DNA of 64,000 nt from Ostrea edulis (Eukaryota). A program made the translations under genes and the position numbers. The stretch lies in the NCBI RefSeq assembly GCF_947568905.1, contig NC_079164.1:85622001-85686000 (forward strand), given 5' to 3'. A model generated the notes under the pieces. That model was not told the origin of the DNA. It made no database searches and saw only the letters and a program-made list of their open reading frames with translations. Positions 24,033-37,790 of the stretch are shown piece by piece. Every line of letters begins with the position of its first letter. Position 1 is the stretch's first letter.

Positions 24033-27000
24033 ATGAAAGGCGAAGATAACGAATAGTGATCAATCTCACAACTCCCACAAGCAATACAAAAAAAAAGAGC
24101 TGGGCAAAGACGGACCCCTGAATACACCAGAGGTAGGATCAGGTGCCCAGGAGGAGTAAGCATCCCCTGTCGACCGGTCACACCCGCCATGAGCCCTTTA
24201 TCTTGATCAGGTAAACGGAGTTATCCGTAGTCAAAATCATTGTGCCAGAACGACCCAACAATCGGTATGAAACATGTCAGACAGCACCTGACCCAATGAC
24301 AGGCCGCATTGGCAAACCAGATCGCCACAACGACCATAATATTTGCAAAATACTGATTCTAAACGAGACTGTTGGAACCCCTGCATCATCGACTTGTATG
24401 TCAGTAGCCTGCTTCGATTTAAAAACTGACCATACGCAGAAAAAGCTCTTGTATATCGAATCACTTGAGAGGTGTAAACACCATTTGCCGGTTATAATGG
24501 AATACTGCTACATAAATATGGGAAGTTGACGATGGAAAAGTTGAAATCATCCCGTTTGTCATAAAGTTGAGTCGTTAGTTTGCCGTTAATATCTACTTTC
24601 AATGAAATATCTAAGTATGAAGCAGAAGTGGACGACTCTGTGGTGTCTTTTATTTCGAGTTCACTGGATATTGAATCGACATAGGAATGAAAATGATGAT
24701 ACATCGTCGATATATCTAAATGTCGAATCTAAGGCCACAGCAAGAGATTTTTTCTTCTCACGTAGGTTTTGTATAAATTCTGCTTCATGTGAATATAAAA
24801 TCAGGTCAGTTAACAAGGGAGCACAATTCGTGCCTATGGGGATTCCAACACACTGTTGGAAAACCTAATCACCAAAGACCACGAAGATATTGTCAATGAG
24901 GAACTCGAGCATATTTTTATTTCAACTTCAGAGTACTTGTGCGTGGAATCAGAATGGCGTTTAACAAAGGAATTTTTTTTGGATGACTGATCACTAGATA
25001 GGAATATTTGCATTTTCCATTTTTGTTGAAGAAGCAACTGTCTATGATGTCAAAAAGTCTAGTCTTTAATTTATCGTGAGGAATGATCGTGCAAAGAGTT
25101 TTGATGTTGTTCATTTGAGAAAAGTTTTGTGATTTCAAGTTTATTGAAAGTTCTTTAGAATTATTTAGTATCCACATTTGATTTACACCACTTCAGGCAT
25201 ATGTAGTCGCACAGTACGTTTGAAGTTTCTCCTTCACAGCTGTTAATATTTTTGTGAGGAGCAACGATAGGAGCTTGGTAAAACATTTACTGGATCCAGC
25301 AATGTATCTTTGTAAGGGTTTTTATGAAGTTTAGGAATCCAGTATGGGTACGGTAACTCATATTCACCCAACCCATTGACTGGGATATTAAATGTGTCTA
25401 AAACTGAAGCATGGTTTTGAAGAATTTCGTCTTTTGAAAGGGCAGTTGGAGTATAGGTATGATTACCAAAAGTGGAATTAATGTTCGTTTAAAATACAGT
25501 TGTATTAATGAGCCTTACAAACAAAGACAATGTTGTTACAAACTTTGTCAGCTGGAACCAAAACATCTTCCTCATGTAAATCATATTTTTCATTTAACCT
25601 ATCTAATTCTTTTATCACTTCTGGTTTACTAAACACAGAAAGATAGATGGTACGTACTTTTGTTTTCATATGTCTTAAGCGGGATTGCAATATTACTCTC
25701 ATACTTTTGATCCATTCTGACAATGTATAAGTTCTTCTGTTTCATATTTAGCCCATCATCTGGCATAATCCTCGACAGCATTCATTATAGAAATGAAGTT
25801 ATGTCGCCAATTGAAAGACCGAGGTTCTCTGTATTTGGGACCTTTTAGAATAAGTGATTTGAGGTCCTCATTTTCAACTATATCAACATCACCTGTAATG
25901 ACATGTCCAACTGGACTATAGTTGAAAGAAGATGAGGAACAAGAAAACGTGGTGGATTAAGTAGAAGATGGTCTGCAAAGCACTGCAAAGTGTGCTTATA
26001 ATTGAAAAGTTTGGATGCAATAGTAGAAGTATATTTGTAGGAAATACTGGGTGTAGACTTGAACTTGAAATAAGTTGGAATACACGATTGGACTTTTTTA
26101 TGACGAAGAATGTTGCTTATGTTGACGGCATCTATTCCTTTGTTTGTAAATTTGAGCTTAAGGAACAGGCGGCATGATTTGGAAGAAATACCGTCCATGG
26201 TCCGTGCTGGTTTAAAGAACCTTTATTAGGCAACATCCATAATCATAGAGTTCAGTCTATATTCAGGTGTTAAAAAATAGTATAGGCTAACTGTAATAAC
26301 GTATGTAAAATAACGTGTGTAAAACTCTCAATGGAACAGAGTAGATTTTTGTACCAATATGATGTGGACCTAATTGTCTGTTGACGTATGGTAAAAGTGA
26401 ATCAAACGTGACATCATTTATACTTGGTCTTTTATATGAACGATGTCCATGACTGCGTTTCCGTCTTTTAGTATTGGGAAAGAGTCCCATCATATTCACG
26501 TTATTTTCTGGTGGACTAGTCAAATTTCCCACATCATATACATTATCATTGCATCCGTATGGAAATGCAATACCTCCGGTCCTGATCCAGTGATCTTCTC
26601 GTTGTCGACGAAAATGGGGTACTTAATGTTGGACTATTTGTGTAACTTTGATTTTTTTTTCAAAATCCTTACCTTCATGGACAGTATGGAGTGGTCCGGT
26701 AAGTTAAAATGCTTGTATAGAAGTTGGTTACCACCATTATTTATTTGAAATCCGTGCCCCGATATTCTTTTATGGGTTACACGCAACTTCAGAAGATTTA
26801 CAAGTCAAATTATCAAAAGTTTTGGTACAGAAACTACGTCCGGTGAGATCACTACTAAATGAATTTCTAGTGATCAGTAAGTCACAAGTTTTACAATTTG
26901 TTACAGAACATTTTGAAATCGAGCACATGGGATCCGAAAAGGAATCATCAAAAATATCTTTTACAGGAACATGAGAATCGTTAATTTGGGTGTGTACCAA

Positions 27001-27290
27001 AGCTGATGATTATCTGATTGTACATACGACAGATCTTTGATATCCCGAAGGATAATCCGAGGGACACAAACCAAACTGCATCTAATTCTTGCTTTCATGG
27101 ATCATGACGCTCTCACTTCTTTGCATAAAATGTTCAATAAAAATCAACGACTCACAAGATCGAGTTTCTTGTTACAAGAGTATGATATAATTGATTTCAA
27201 AACATCAAAGACAGTATTATTGTGAGTGGCTTGTCAAGGGTATCGGGAATATAGCCCCATCTTTTTTGCCATTTGTACTCCATTATTGTA
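24033..27290 (-). mobile_element. Near-full-length, decayed Naiad-type Penelope-like retroelement (N-terminal GIY-YIG endonuclease, CxC linker, RT)
   Basis: In order on minus strand: CSVTNCKTCDLL..SDLTGRSF..LTCKS; KRISGH..LYKHFNLPDH..REDHWIRT..FPYGCND (EN); (C/F)SCSSSSFNYSPVGHVITGD..LILKGPKYREP; LCTIIPHDKLK; GIPMGTNCAPL; RYIDD; 3' tail ending at 24033. Confidence 0.82.
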
Positions 27291-29559
27291 TTGTTTATGT
27301 TTTCATATCCGTAATTGTGTGATTTGCTAGTCTAGATAAGATAAATGTTACTTTAATTCCAACAAGTGTGACATTTATATTTTGAATATTGTGATTTTGT
27401 TTGGCATTTGTAATAAATGCTAATTTCAACACAATCTGACTTAGTACTTATTTAGTAAAACTTAGCAAAAAACATAGCAGAGTAGACTCATGGAGATGTT
27501 TAGGGAGGAAAACATTAGGTAGATATAAAGAGGAAGGTATAATCCATTTTTTGTTTTATTTTATTGCTTTGATTTGATGTATGGGTATATGATGTGAATA
27601 TGTAGAGCTTGAATTCTAGAAAATGAAGTTTTCATTGTCATTCAAACTTTTTAAGGAAGTTAGTTTCTGAGCTTTTGAGCAGGATACTACAACTAAGTAT
27701 TAACTGATTCTATATTGATCCCATTGGTACAAACATATTACACATCTATTACTGAACCCTAATCAGTTGAAAAAAATTGTGTCAATTAAAATTTTGAAAG
27801 GGTTTTGCAGGGACTATATTTTGTGGTGGAAGGATTGATTTATCAAAAAGTTCTAAATCTGCATGATATCACAGTTTCTGTTTCATCCAAAATATCTTCT
27901 ATCTGTATACTCCTATACATGTATTTCAGTTTTATAATTTACGATACAGGTAGTTCACACTTGGAACTAGTTAAAATGTCATAATTTATTAATTTGGTTG
28001 ATATGTTTCCAAACAGAATACCGATTCTTAAAAAGAGTTTAAATCAATTTACTCGAAATTTTGTATAAAAATTTAGTATTTTCGCCAATAATTTAAAAAA
28101 TTGATCTCTGACCCCCACTTTTTTTTTTTAGTTCCAATTAAAATTTTAAGATAAGATCTTGAAAATTGTGTGAAATTTTTTTAAATGACATTACTCCTAA
28201 TATGTCCTTTTAAACTGTAAAATTTTATATCATGAAATTTTTCGTATATCAAATGCAAAAAGGTCATTATTTATTTCTACTGCTAGTATTAAATTTGTTT
28301 TTTTTTTTAATCTGTATTGTTGGAAGACATGATTATATATCTATTCTATGTAATGATTGATTTGTGTTGCTTATGTTGTGTTGACACCAACAGACAAATC
28401 AAGTTTAATTGAATAAATCTTGAGCAAATGTTAAGTGCAAAAAGGTCATGTTTTAGAATACTGTAGCTCAATAACAAGCATTGTAACCCCAGTTTTACTG
28501 TTTTAACTTCCTAATTCTCCTTCAATGTAGAAATCGAAAGTACACTTCCCTAAAAATTGACATCACTCCAAGTCTCAGGTGCGAACCTCTTTAATTGTAA
28601 ATCATGGTTGAAAATTTTAAGAATGGAATGGCACTGATATCCAAACCAGCTATGATGAATTAACAAACGACGTCTTGTCTAATATCTTTCTTTATAACGT
28701 GCAATAACGTTAACCTGTTCTCGGAGCGTCTCGGTTGGTGTTCAATAAAGGAGCAGATGTTCTCTCGAATTAAGAAACATTTCATTACTAGAAAAAATAA
28801 TAGCTATATAATAAAGCTAAATATATTGCGCCCTTTGGCCCATTATAGCACGGTTGGGTACATTTCTATTACATGCACTACATTATATCGGAATACCATA
28901 TGATGTCGATGTTCTCCAACAAAATCTTACCTCTTTATGAAGACAATTTGAATCATTTCATTACTACCTACACTTTCAATCAAAACGCTAAGGCTATTTT
29001 ACAAGAACAAATTCATTGCGCTGTAGTATATAGTTATATATATAGATAGATGATCGCATGAGAGGACACAATAAAATGTATAAAAAAAGGGAAAATTATT
29101 GCTAGAATTGAGAAAATAAAACAATGATATTTCTCGTATTACCACATCCAACATAATATTATAAGGTGTTGTCTTAATTAGAAATTTGGCAGCAAATATT
29201 GATCTCAGTTATCGTAACATCAAGTATTAAAAAAAACAACCTCAAACGTCGTGTGTCTGTGTATAGAAAATATAGCACGGTTTCCTTAGGGAGTGTCACG
29301 TGTTACGCTGATCATCAGATCGGATCTATGTAATTCTTAAACATGCTGATTTACTTTAAATGATATTCCGTTCGCAATTACCGAACGGTTCTACATCAGT
29401 TTTGTATGGATTGTAAAATATATGTAAAAGGCGAGACTCGCTTTTCCATTTTAGTTTCCTCTGGGAGTTTGTACAATGTAAGATTCAATCGATACTGGAG
29501 ATACACTGTTTGTCAGAAATTAATGAAAGCTACTGAGAATCTGAAGACATAAAATAAAA

Positions 29560-29750
29560 AAGTCAAGATAACGAACGGTGATCAATTTCATTAATCTTAT
29601 AAAATCGTGAACACGGCAAACGCGGACCCTTGGAAACACCAGAAGTGGGATCTGGTGTCTAGAAGGAGTAAGCATCCCCTATTGATTAGTCACATCCGCA
29701 GTGGTCCTCTGTCTTGATCAGGTAAACGGAATAATCCGTTGTCAACATCA
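29560..29750 (-). mobile_element. Isolated Naiad 3' tail
   Basis: gataacgaacggtgatcaat...ccagaagtgggatctggtgtctagaaggagtaagcatcccct...gtaaacggaataatccgt; no RT-coding part attached. Confidence 0.7.
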
Positions 29751-32700
29751 GTAGGTAGTTATACTCCTGCTCAGATTAACATTTGTATATACTGTGTGTT
29801 TATAGTATCAACATTTACACGCCAGGTTTTCAACATGAGTCCTTTTGGTGATTCGTGGGTCTTTTACCCATTATCAACGATTTGAAAATTTAGAAAAATT
29901 ACAGGGCATGTATGAATCTTACTCTGCCGAAATATTGTGATGAATGGCCAGAATATGGATTTAGATTTAAGCACCGGATGTAAAAACATGTCCTTACAAT
30001 ATGATTATGTAATATACCGATCCACAGAAGTTTGTTACCTTACATTTTGACCAATGAAATGCGCTGAAAAAATAAGCTCTGCCCACCACCACGAGCCACG
30101 GGCAAACATCGGACATCCGCCATTGTTTTGTATAGTAAACACAGAAATGTATCGACCGATCATGTGTTGATAATACAGTGTGTACGTATTTTTTTGTATG
30201 AGGAATGATTAAACATTTTCCTCTGGAATCTGTAAATCACACAGTAGGTATCCAGACAAACTTAATGGCGCCAAATACACACTATTTCCATCAACGAAAG
30301 ACAAACTTGCAGTCTAAGTGTATGTCGTAGACTGCCTTATGTCACAGGCCTCAAAATCAGCTAAATGTCCACAAAATAACGAAGATACATATCTATGAAC
30401 TCGGTAAGATGTTTTGTTGTAGTACGCAGACATTTATAATCCAGACACATCGTTTTTGTTTTTTGTTTTTTAAAAAAGAAGGGGGGGGGCACTTGCTGAT
30501 ACAAAATTTCCGAGTTGTCCAATAGTTCTTTCCCTTTGTGGAACTCTTACGCACAGTGAGACGCAAAACATACTATCGTTCACACGCGGTGGGTACAAAT
30601 GCTTATCGCTGCCGTCATATATTGCCTTACGGCCGATTATCAGACATCATGTAACCACCCAATCTGCAGGGACATACAATATTAGTAAGTTTATTAGTAT
30701 TTAATAATAAATTAGCTCAAACAAAAATCGATAAGCACCATTTTTCTTTGATTAAAATATCACTCGTGCAGAGTAGGAAATAAAAAATAATTTCATATTT
30801 AATTTAATGACTTAATTCAAACAAATATTATTCTTGATATGGTCCGTTTAATGTATACCAACGGCTGATATAAACAAAATTTACACTTTCATTACTTTTA
30901 TCTGTATTTACATAGTTAGTCTATAGTATATGTATACATCTTGTACCCACCCAAGCGTTCAACAGTACACTTAATGTACCTCCATCACAGAAGAGCTGAT
31001 ATCTCGGACTACATAGATCGTGAACGAGAAAGAACTTGCTTACGATTATGTTTTGACATCGAAGGACAAAGATTTGTGTCTCAGAGGGGCGATATTGCGT
31101 AATTGAATTACACCTCCCCCGACCATATATGTATGTAGGTCATGCAGGAATTTAGAGCGTGCAACGGTGTTAGGCTTACCTTACCATTTCTAAACGACCA
31201 AGATATTCTTCAAAACCATCGTCAACACAATCACATTTGATTTTGTTTTTTAAAATTTCAAAAATGAGACTTAAAATAATGATCTTGGGGGAGGGAAAAG
31301 ACAAAAGGTAAAACAAAATAAAGGTCTGCGTTTATGGAAGACAATGCCCCGGTTTCAAGTCTTCAAAACACCGCCTGGAATTTTACAAGGGCTGTTTACT
31401 GAAATACATATGGTTAGAACTAGTTGCTGTTGTGTCAAGCATGAATGTAAAATGGTTTGCGGTCCACAATGAAAAGTAATCGTGTTTTCAATTTGTTTGT
31501 ACTTCAAACAAACAATTGACAATGACAGGTATACGGTACATGTATTTCCGAACGTACAAAGGATGAAGGAGGGGGGGGGGGAGGCATGGTTTTATTGTCG
31601 GTGTTCTACGTCCCCACATTTTTTTCTATGAACGACCTTTTCATATGAAAATAATGCATATAGTTTTTCGGCGAGATGCCTCTTCATTATTTCTAACAGG
31701 AACAATATTAGTAGTGAAGATTTTTATTAAAGATCATGGAGACCGATACCCTCTCCACGTCTGGAATATGATATAGTCCGTATATGAGTTTACAGCATTT
31801 AATATGAAGGTGATTTGATTATGGAAATTTCACTGGCTGACTCCCTAAGCTACAGTGTATACATGTTGATATTAGACTTGTTCTGCCTATTTCACAATCT
31901 CTTTGTTATGAGACCAACCGAGTTTAGTTGCCTATAACAGAGCGGTTTGATCGTTACTGTTTGAAATTTACTTTTGTAACTTTGGGTGCCTAGCTTGGGA
32001 TTCTCATTGAGTTTATACATTTACATGTTGTAAATATTGTATGTTTATTGCGAGTCACTTTTGTTACTTTTTTTTCATCTTAGAACTCCTACACAAGCTG
32101 CGAATCTTATGCTTTTTGTTAAGGTTACCTTCATTTTCATATAAAGAACTGTTTTATAAAATTCAAACAATAGCGATGTGTATTATGTTTCATTCAGACC
32201 CAAGACAAACAGGTAAGTTTCCTTTGCAATATGAATATGAGCTTTTACACAAGGAGTGTAATACACACATGTTGGTGAGTACAGTGTTTAATGTTCTTGT
32301 GTACAACCTCTTGGAGGTTTTTGTTTTAGATTTAAGTATAACAAACAATCACTACAATGCCTAAATGTAATTTCATGCATATATGTTAGTTAATTTATCA
32401 TATTCGATTTAGTATATCCTCTTGCACTAACTTTCATGTTAGAAATGAGTTCCTAAATTTTGTTTTCAGTTTTCAATTGGTACCGTATAGTTTTACATTA
32501 TACATGTATTTATCTGACTTATTTGGACTCACATTCTCTCCAACCTGATTTTGAATTGAAATCAACTTCATTATTGATTAAAAAAAAAATCCACTTTCAT
32601 GGTTTAATTGTGCACTGGACTCTGTGGTACAAGTCATACAGATGCATGTTTATGGATGCATTTAATTGATTTCTGGTGAGGTGATGAATGGATGTAAAGT

Positions 32701-33227
32701 GTTTCATAGACCGGCATTATTATGTTGGTGTGTTTTGACATGGATATCTGTGGCACTTGTTAGTTAGTATATGTGGTTATGTGTATTTTTCTTTTTTATC
32801 CAGTTGTTTGTTTGTTCCTTTCTTTCTTCTTTGACATACATGTATGTATCAAACTATTGATTTGTTTCATTTTAGTTGTATTCTAAAAATGTTTCATACA
32901 CTATTAAACTGGAACACAACAGTAAGTTATTCATTAGATATTAGTTGTTGTGAATGATGATGGGTTTCAAAGTTTCCATTCATTTCTATTGTAATTGATC
33001 AGCGTCCATTGTGTGATAACAATTGAACACTTTTTACTGAAAAGTACCATTACAACTGTTTTCACATTTTCAGCCAAAACTTGAATTTCCAAATATATTC
33101 TTCTCTACAACATCATATCTGTAAGACAAAATATTGCACAGTCATGTAGAGCAGTCCATGAACCGGGGTGGGTATATAGTGTTTATGTGTAAAATATTTG
33201 AATAGCATAGCCTTTAATGCTATTGAT

Positions 33228-33554
33228 TCATTCTATCTTGTTTAAAGTCCCTCTCGAGAATTTTTATTTCAAATGGAGACGTCACCAAAACCTTTGAAGG
33301 GCTTCAAATTTAGGTCTATGCTCGGCGCTTACGGCCATTGAGCAGTGAGCGTTCTTTAGCGTGCCACACCTACTGTGACACGCGACATCCGTTTTTAAGG
33401 TCATCTACGAGGACCCGTGACATTCACACCTGATGCCGAGCGTTTGGTGATGCAACCTAGTTTCAACGACCTAGGTCTGTCGCGACCGAGATTCGAACCG
33501 CGACCGTCCGCATGCAGGGCGAACGCTCTACTTCTAGACCACCGCAGCGGTGGC
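33228..33554 (-). mobile_element. Full-length MetaSINE-like SINE with 12-bp TSD
   Basis: A and B boxes (rc ggtctagaagtagagcg, ggttcgaatctc); TSD aatgctattgat at 33216-33227 and 33555-33566. Confidence 0.88.
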
Positions 33555-34369
33555 AATGCTATTGATACTAAATTCTGATTTATAAATAGATATTTAAAAA
33601 GAGCAGGTGTCCTTTACCAAAATTGTGAATTTCATGATGGAAGGACAGGGTTTTGGTTCCGGTTGGGACAAAAATTATTATAGTGATCATTGTTTTTAAC
33701 AACATCATATAAAGTTTATATTTCAATATGGTAAAATTTCAGGACATTGTTTCCCATCTATATTCGTTATTTCCTTACTTAGTTGTGCGAAAATATAGAA
33801 TAACGCATGAACAGTTTTTACTGTTGTTCCTGCTGATTAACATTACCTACACAATTCATGAAGTCAGCTAAGCGCTTTTCAGTACTTTGATTTATGTTAA
33901 GAATTAAAAATATAACTCATTTGATGTTAACAACTAACATTTGGACCGTCTGAATGCAAGGATAAGAGCAATATTTTAGCTTTGATTCTGTGTTATGTAA
34001 ACAAAGACTCGAGTCTTTTTAAGTAAACAAACAAACCAGTGAAACGTTAATTCTGTAATTCAAAGTATCTTCATTTTGTACTTTCACAAATTTTAACTTT
34101 TAAATGATACATTTTACCTAAAGTATACTTGAGATGTGATATATATAATACACTTGGATCAATATCCATTTATTTTGAAAACTTCATAAACAATAGCACA
34201 CCTCAATCTTTGTTTTCAAAACAAATAATGCAGTCTCTATAATGAGCGTCTGTCATGATGGATAACCATATGTTTTTATGAAACCTTCTAAACATATTAG
34301 ACTGTAGATTTTGATCATTTAAAGAGAAAAACAAAATTGGGGGAAATCGTAAATCAGTCCCTTTAAACG

Positions 34370-37300
34370 AGATCGTTGAAACCCCTTTAACATAGTCTAA
34401 AAGGTTAAAGTTACTAGTTTCAGTCAGCCATTTTTCTTTCACCAATATTAAAAGACCTCTAACTATATGGCCAAATACTAAATCAAGAGGGACTCAGTCC
34501 GAGAACTGCTGATCTGCTTCTTGTACAGAAAATAAACCCAAGTGAACCCCTTCACCCCAGTATTCATCATACTGATAAATATATGTCTTTATCATAGTTT
34601 TAAGGGTTTGATGGAAACGTTCAAGCGCACCCTTAAACTCGGGATGATAAGCAGTAGATGTATACTAACTAGCACCTAACTCATGCACAACCCTGACATA
34701 AAATGGAACCTTGAATAGGCTTGATCTGACTGAATGGCCTTAAGCATTAGTACAAAACTGAAAAACTAGGTAAGGGTCTTGACTGTGGTTTTTGCCTTGA
34801 TTTTCCTAAGAGGTATAGCTTAAGGGAATTGAGTGGACATACAAGTAAGTAAATACTGGTTCCCTGACCTAGTTTTAAGCAAAGGTCCTACACAATATAA
34901 CAACACTCGGCTAAAAGGTTCTTCAAAAGCTGGAATAGGTTTGAGAGAAGCAAATGAAATTTTCTGATTAGGTTTACCTACCATCTGGCAAAATTTAGAA
35001 ATATCCTTTTTCAACTAAGGCCAATGAAAATGACTCAAAAGTATGCTACAAGTCTTTCTGATAGCTAAATAACCTGCCATAGGTGTGTCGTCAGCTAAAC
35101 TCATGTTGTTCCTAAGATATATCACCAGGACCACTGTCTGGTGAAGGACACGCCGTATTACATCCGGAGGTGCGTCAGGTGGTCGCCATTTTAGCATAAG
35201 GATCCCGTCGTTGGTATAGAAGCACTCTCCGACTTTAGCGGCCTCTTCTGTTGGAAGTTAACTCGTGCTAATTTGGACAATATCAGGGTCCTTATTTTGC
35301 TCGGACAGAAGCTGTTCTCTAATGGGGGTGTCCTTGTCCTGGTCTAACTGTGTTTGAGGCCATCATCGTCACTGGTTATCAGTGGAGACTCACTGTTATA
35401 TGGCTGTCTGTTTTCATTTGAACTACCATCAACGTCAAAGTTTTCATGCATCTGTGCTCTGACGTCAAACAGTAAAGTGTCACTGGGGTCAATTTCATGA
35501 GATGAACCAGTGTTTGAACATGATCAGCATCCTGGTCATCGATCTGGTAACACCACAGGCTGGATATAAGGCGTCGTCTTCTTCATCTGACGCAACATTG
35601 GAAGTGATTTTCTCACAAACTATGGGATCTGGTGCAACTTTGCCACCAGCTAAATCGTTGCCTAGCAAAAATGAAACGCTTTGAACATGAAGAGGTCGAA
35701 ACCTACGATAACAGGTTCAGTAATTAAATCTGATTTGAAATCAATTCTAAGTAAGGGAACATAAATGACGCCTAGATCAACAACCTATGATAAAACTGAA
35801 CAACCACTAGAAGTCTGCTCAGACTAAGGCAACATTTTCTAACAATAAAATCTGTGCAGCACCAGTATTCCATCGTCACTGGTTTTCAGTGGAGACTCAC
35901 TGTTATATGGCTGTCGGATTTCATGTGAACTGTCATCAAGGTCAAACAGTAAAGTGTCACTGAGGTGTTGAACATGGCCAGCCTCGACTCTTTTTCTTCT
36001 GGTGATCGATCTGGTAACAGCACAGGCTGGATATAAGTCGTCGTCTTCATCATCAGACGTGACATTGGAAGTGATTTTCTCTGGGAGCTGGTGCAACTTT
36101 GCTACCAGCTAAAGCATTGCCTGGCAACAAGGAAACGCCATGAACAGGAAGATTAAGTCGAACACCTACTATAACTGGTCTAGTAATCAAATCTGATTTC
36201 AGATCATGGATGCCGCCTAGTACAACAACCTGTAATAAAACGGACCCGCCACTGATCAGACATCAGACAAAAGCAAAACATTCTCTAAACATTAAAGTCT
36301 GGGCGGCACCATTATCTCTCAAAATCGGAACAGGTTTAACTTCACTAGAGCCATTGAGTAATACATTTCCCTGAGCCAAAAATGGCTTATAATCCTCCAT
36401 AGAATTAATAGAACTGTGCATTGATCCCTGAACATCAGAAGTGTCAGAACAAAATGAAAAAAGCCTTTCCTATCATTTCTAAATGCCATACAAGCATATG
36501 TCTGTGGTTTGTCAAGGTCATTTTCTCTTTGGCTTAAAACATTCACTAATCAGATGACCTTTTTTCTTACAATAAGTGCAAGTAGGAAGCGATCCTACGC
36601 CAGAAGAACTTCCAGAACGTCCTGACCTTGGACCTGACGTAAAACCACTGTGAGGTGTAGACTGGGGGCTTGATGATAGGGCAGACTGAAAGTCTGAAGC
36701 ACTCTTTTTATCTGAGTCTGAACTTTTCGATAAACTACTCGTTTGTGATTTTGCCAAAAAGTTCTTCTGATGAGAGTGTAAGTTTTTTGAAATAACTGCG
36801 GCTTCCTCAAGAGTTCTCACATTCTTATCATCTAAATGTGTTCTCAAATCTTGATGAACACACTCCTTAAAATCTTCTACTACCGTAGGATCAGTTGATG
36901 AATGTTCTTGAACTTTTTATTCATTCTATTAGACCTCAATCATTGATAAAATCTTTTTCTCTAGCAGTTTGATTGATAATTGTAGTACGTTCTGAACAAT
37001 TCATAAACGTTTAAGATCGCGACGTTGACATTGTCACAATCTGAACTCTCAGCTAGGGTCAGCGCCGAGTAGACATAGGCCGCTTTGCCAATCAATACAC
37101 ATTGTAACGAAGTGGACAAAACCTGCCGTGGCCATTTTAAATTTACTTTCTCAAGCTGTGGAAAATATTTATCAACTGAGTTTTCTTGAATATTTTTAAC
37201 TAACCTGATATCTCTAGTAGCATCGAGTTCATTTCTGACAGGTACTATTTCAGATCCGCGTTGTAATCTTAATTTCTCTAACTCAAATTCTCTTTCTTTC

Positions 37301-37790
37301 TCTGCTCTTTCATTTGTACTTGCATTTTTCTCATTCAGATTCATATCTCTTTTGTCTTTCTTTTTTCCCTTTCATTGTCTTTCTCTCTGAGTGCTCTTTC
37401 ATTATCTTACTTGCATTTTCTCTCTTTCTAATTCTAACTGAAATTCAAATTCCGTCATTTTTGCTGGTTCACTTGTTATGGAAAATCATATGTTTCAAGA
37501 ACGTATTTTGGCAATACTCGTGGAAGATTTAATCTCTAACCCGAAGTGTACAGCTAATCTAATCAACGCATCCCCTTTTAAAGCACTTAAAACCTGAACA
37601 TTCGACGAGGCAAGAAAATCTGTGACCAAAAACATGTTGAATTCTACTGGCTATAACATTCCATAAATTCAGCAAACATGAGATACAATTCTTAAAAAAA
37701 TTCAAAAGACAGAGAGACACATAGTTATTTAATGTAAATATTCCTCCAAATATCGCGTTTCCTTTGTCCCGAACGAACACCCAATTCTGT
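34370..37790 (-). mobile_element. Gypsy/Ty3 LTR retrotransposon relic (gag, protease, integrase; Gmr1-like order); RT/RNase H absent
   Basis: Gag DIRLV..VDKYFPQLEKVNLKWP and zinc knuckle CTYCKKKGHLISEC; protease ILRDNGAAQTL (~36300); integrase PMAGYLAIRKT..HFHWP, PIPAFEEPFSRVLLYCVGPL, GALERFHQTL (~34610), WGEGVHL (~34550); degenerate tRNA-Pro-like PBS rc tgggtgttcgttcgggac at 37766-37783. LTRs not resolved. Confidence 0.8.

Noticed and set aside
25740-25780. In-frame TGA in the Naiad ORF as selenocysteine
   Set aside because: It falls in YAR*WAK where Arg is expected, best explained by CGA>TGA decay in a copy with many other lesions.
27300-33200. Short ORFs in the AT-rich 27-33 kb region and similar antisense or overlapping ORFs across TE relics
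   Set aside because: No recognisable domains; compositions fit random AT-rich or antisense TE frames.
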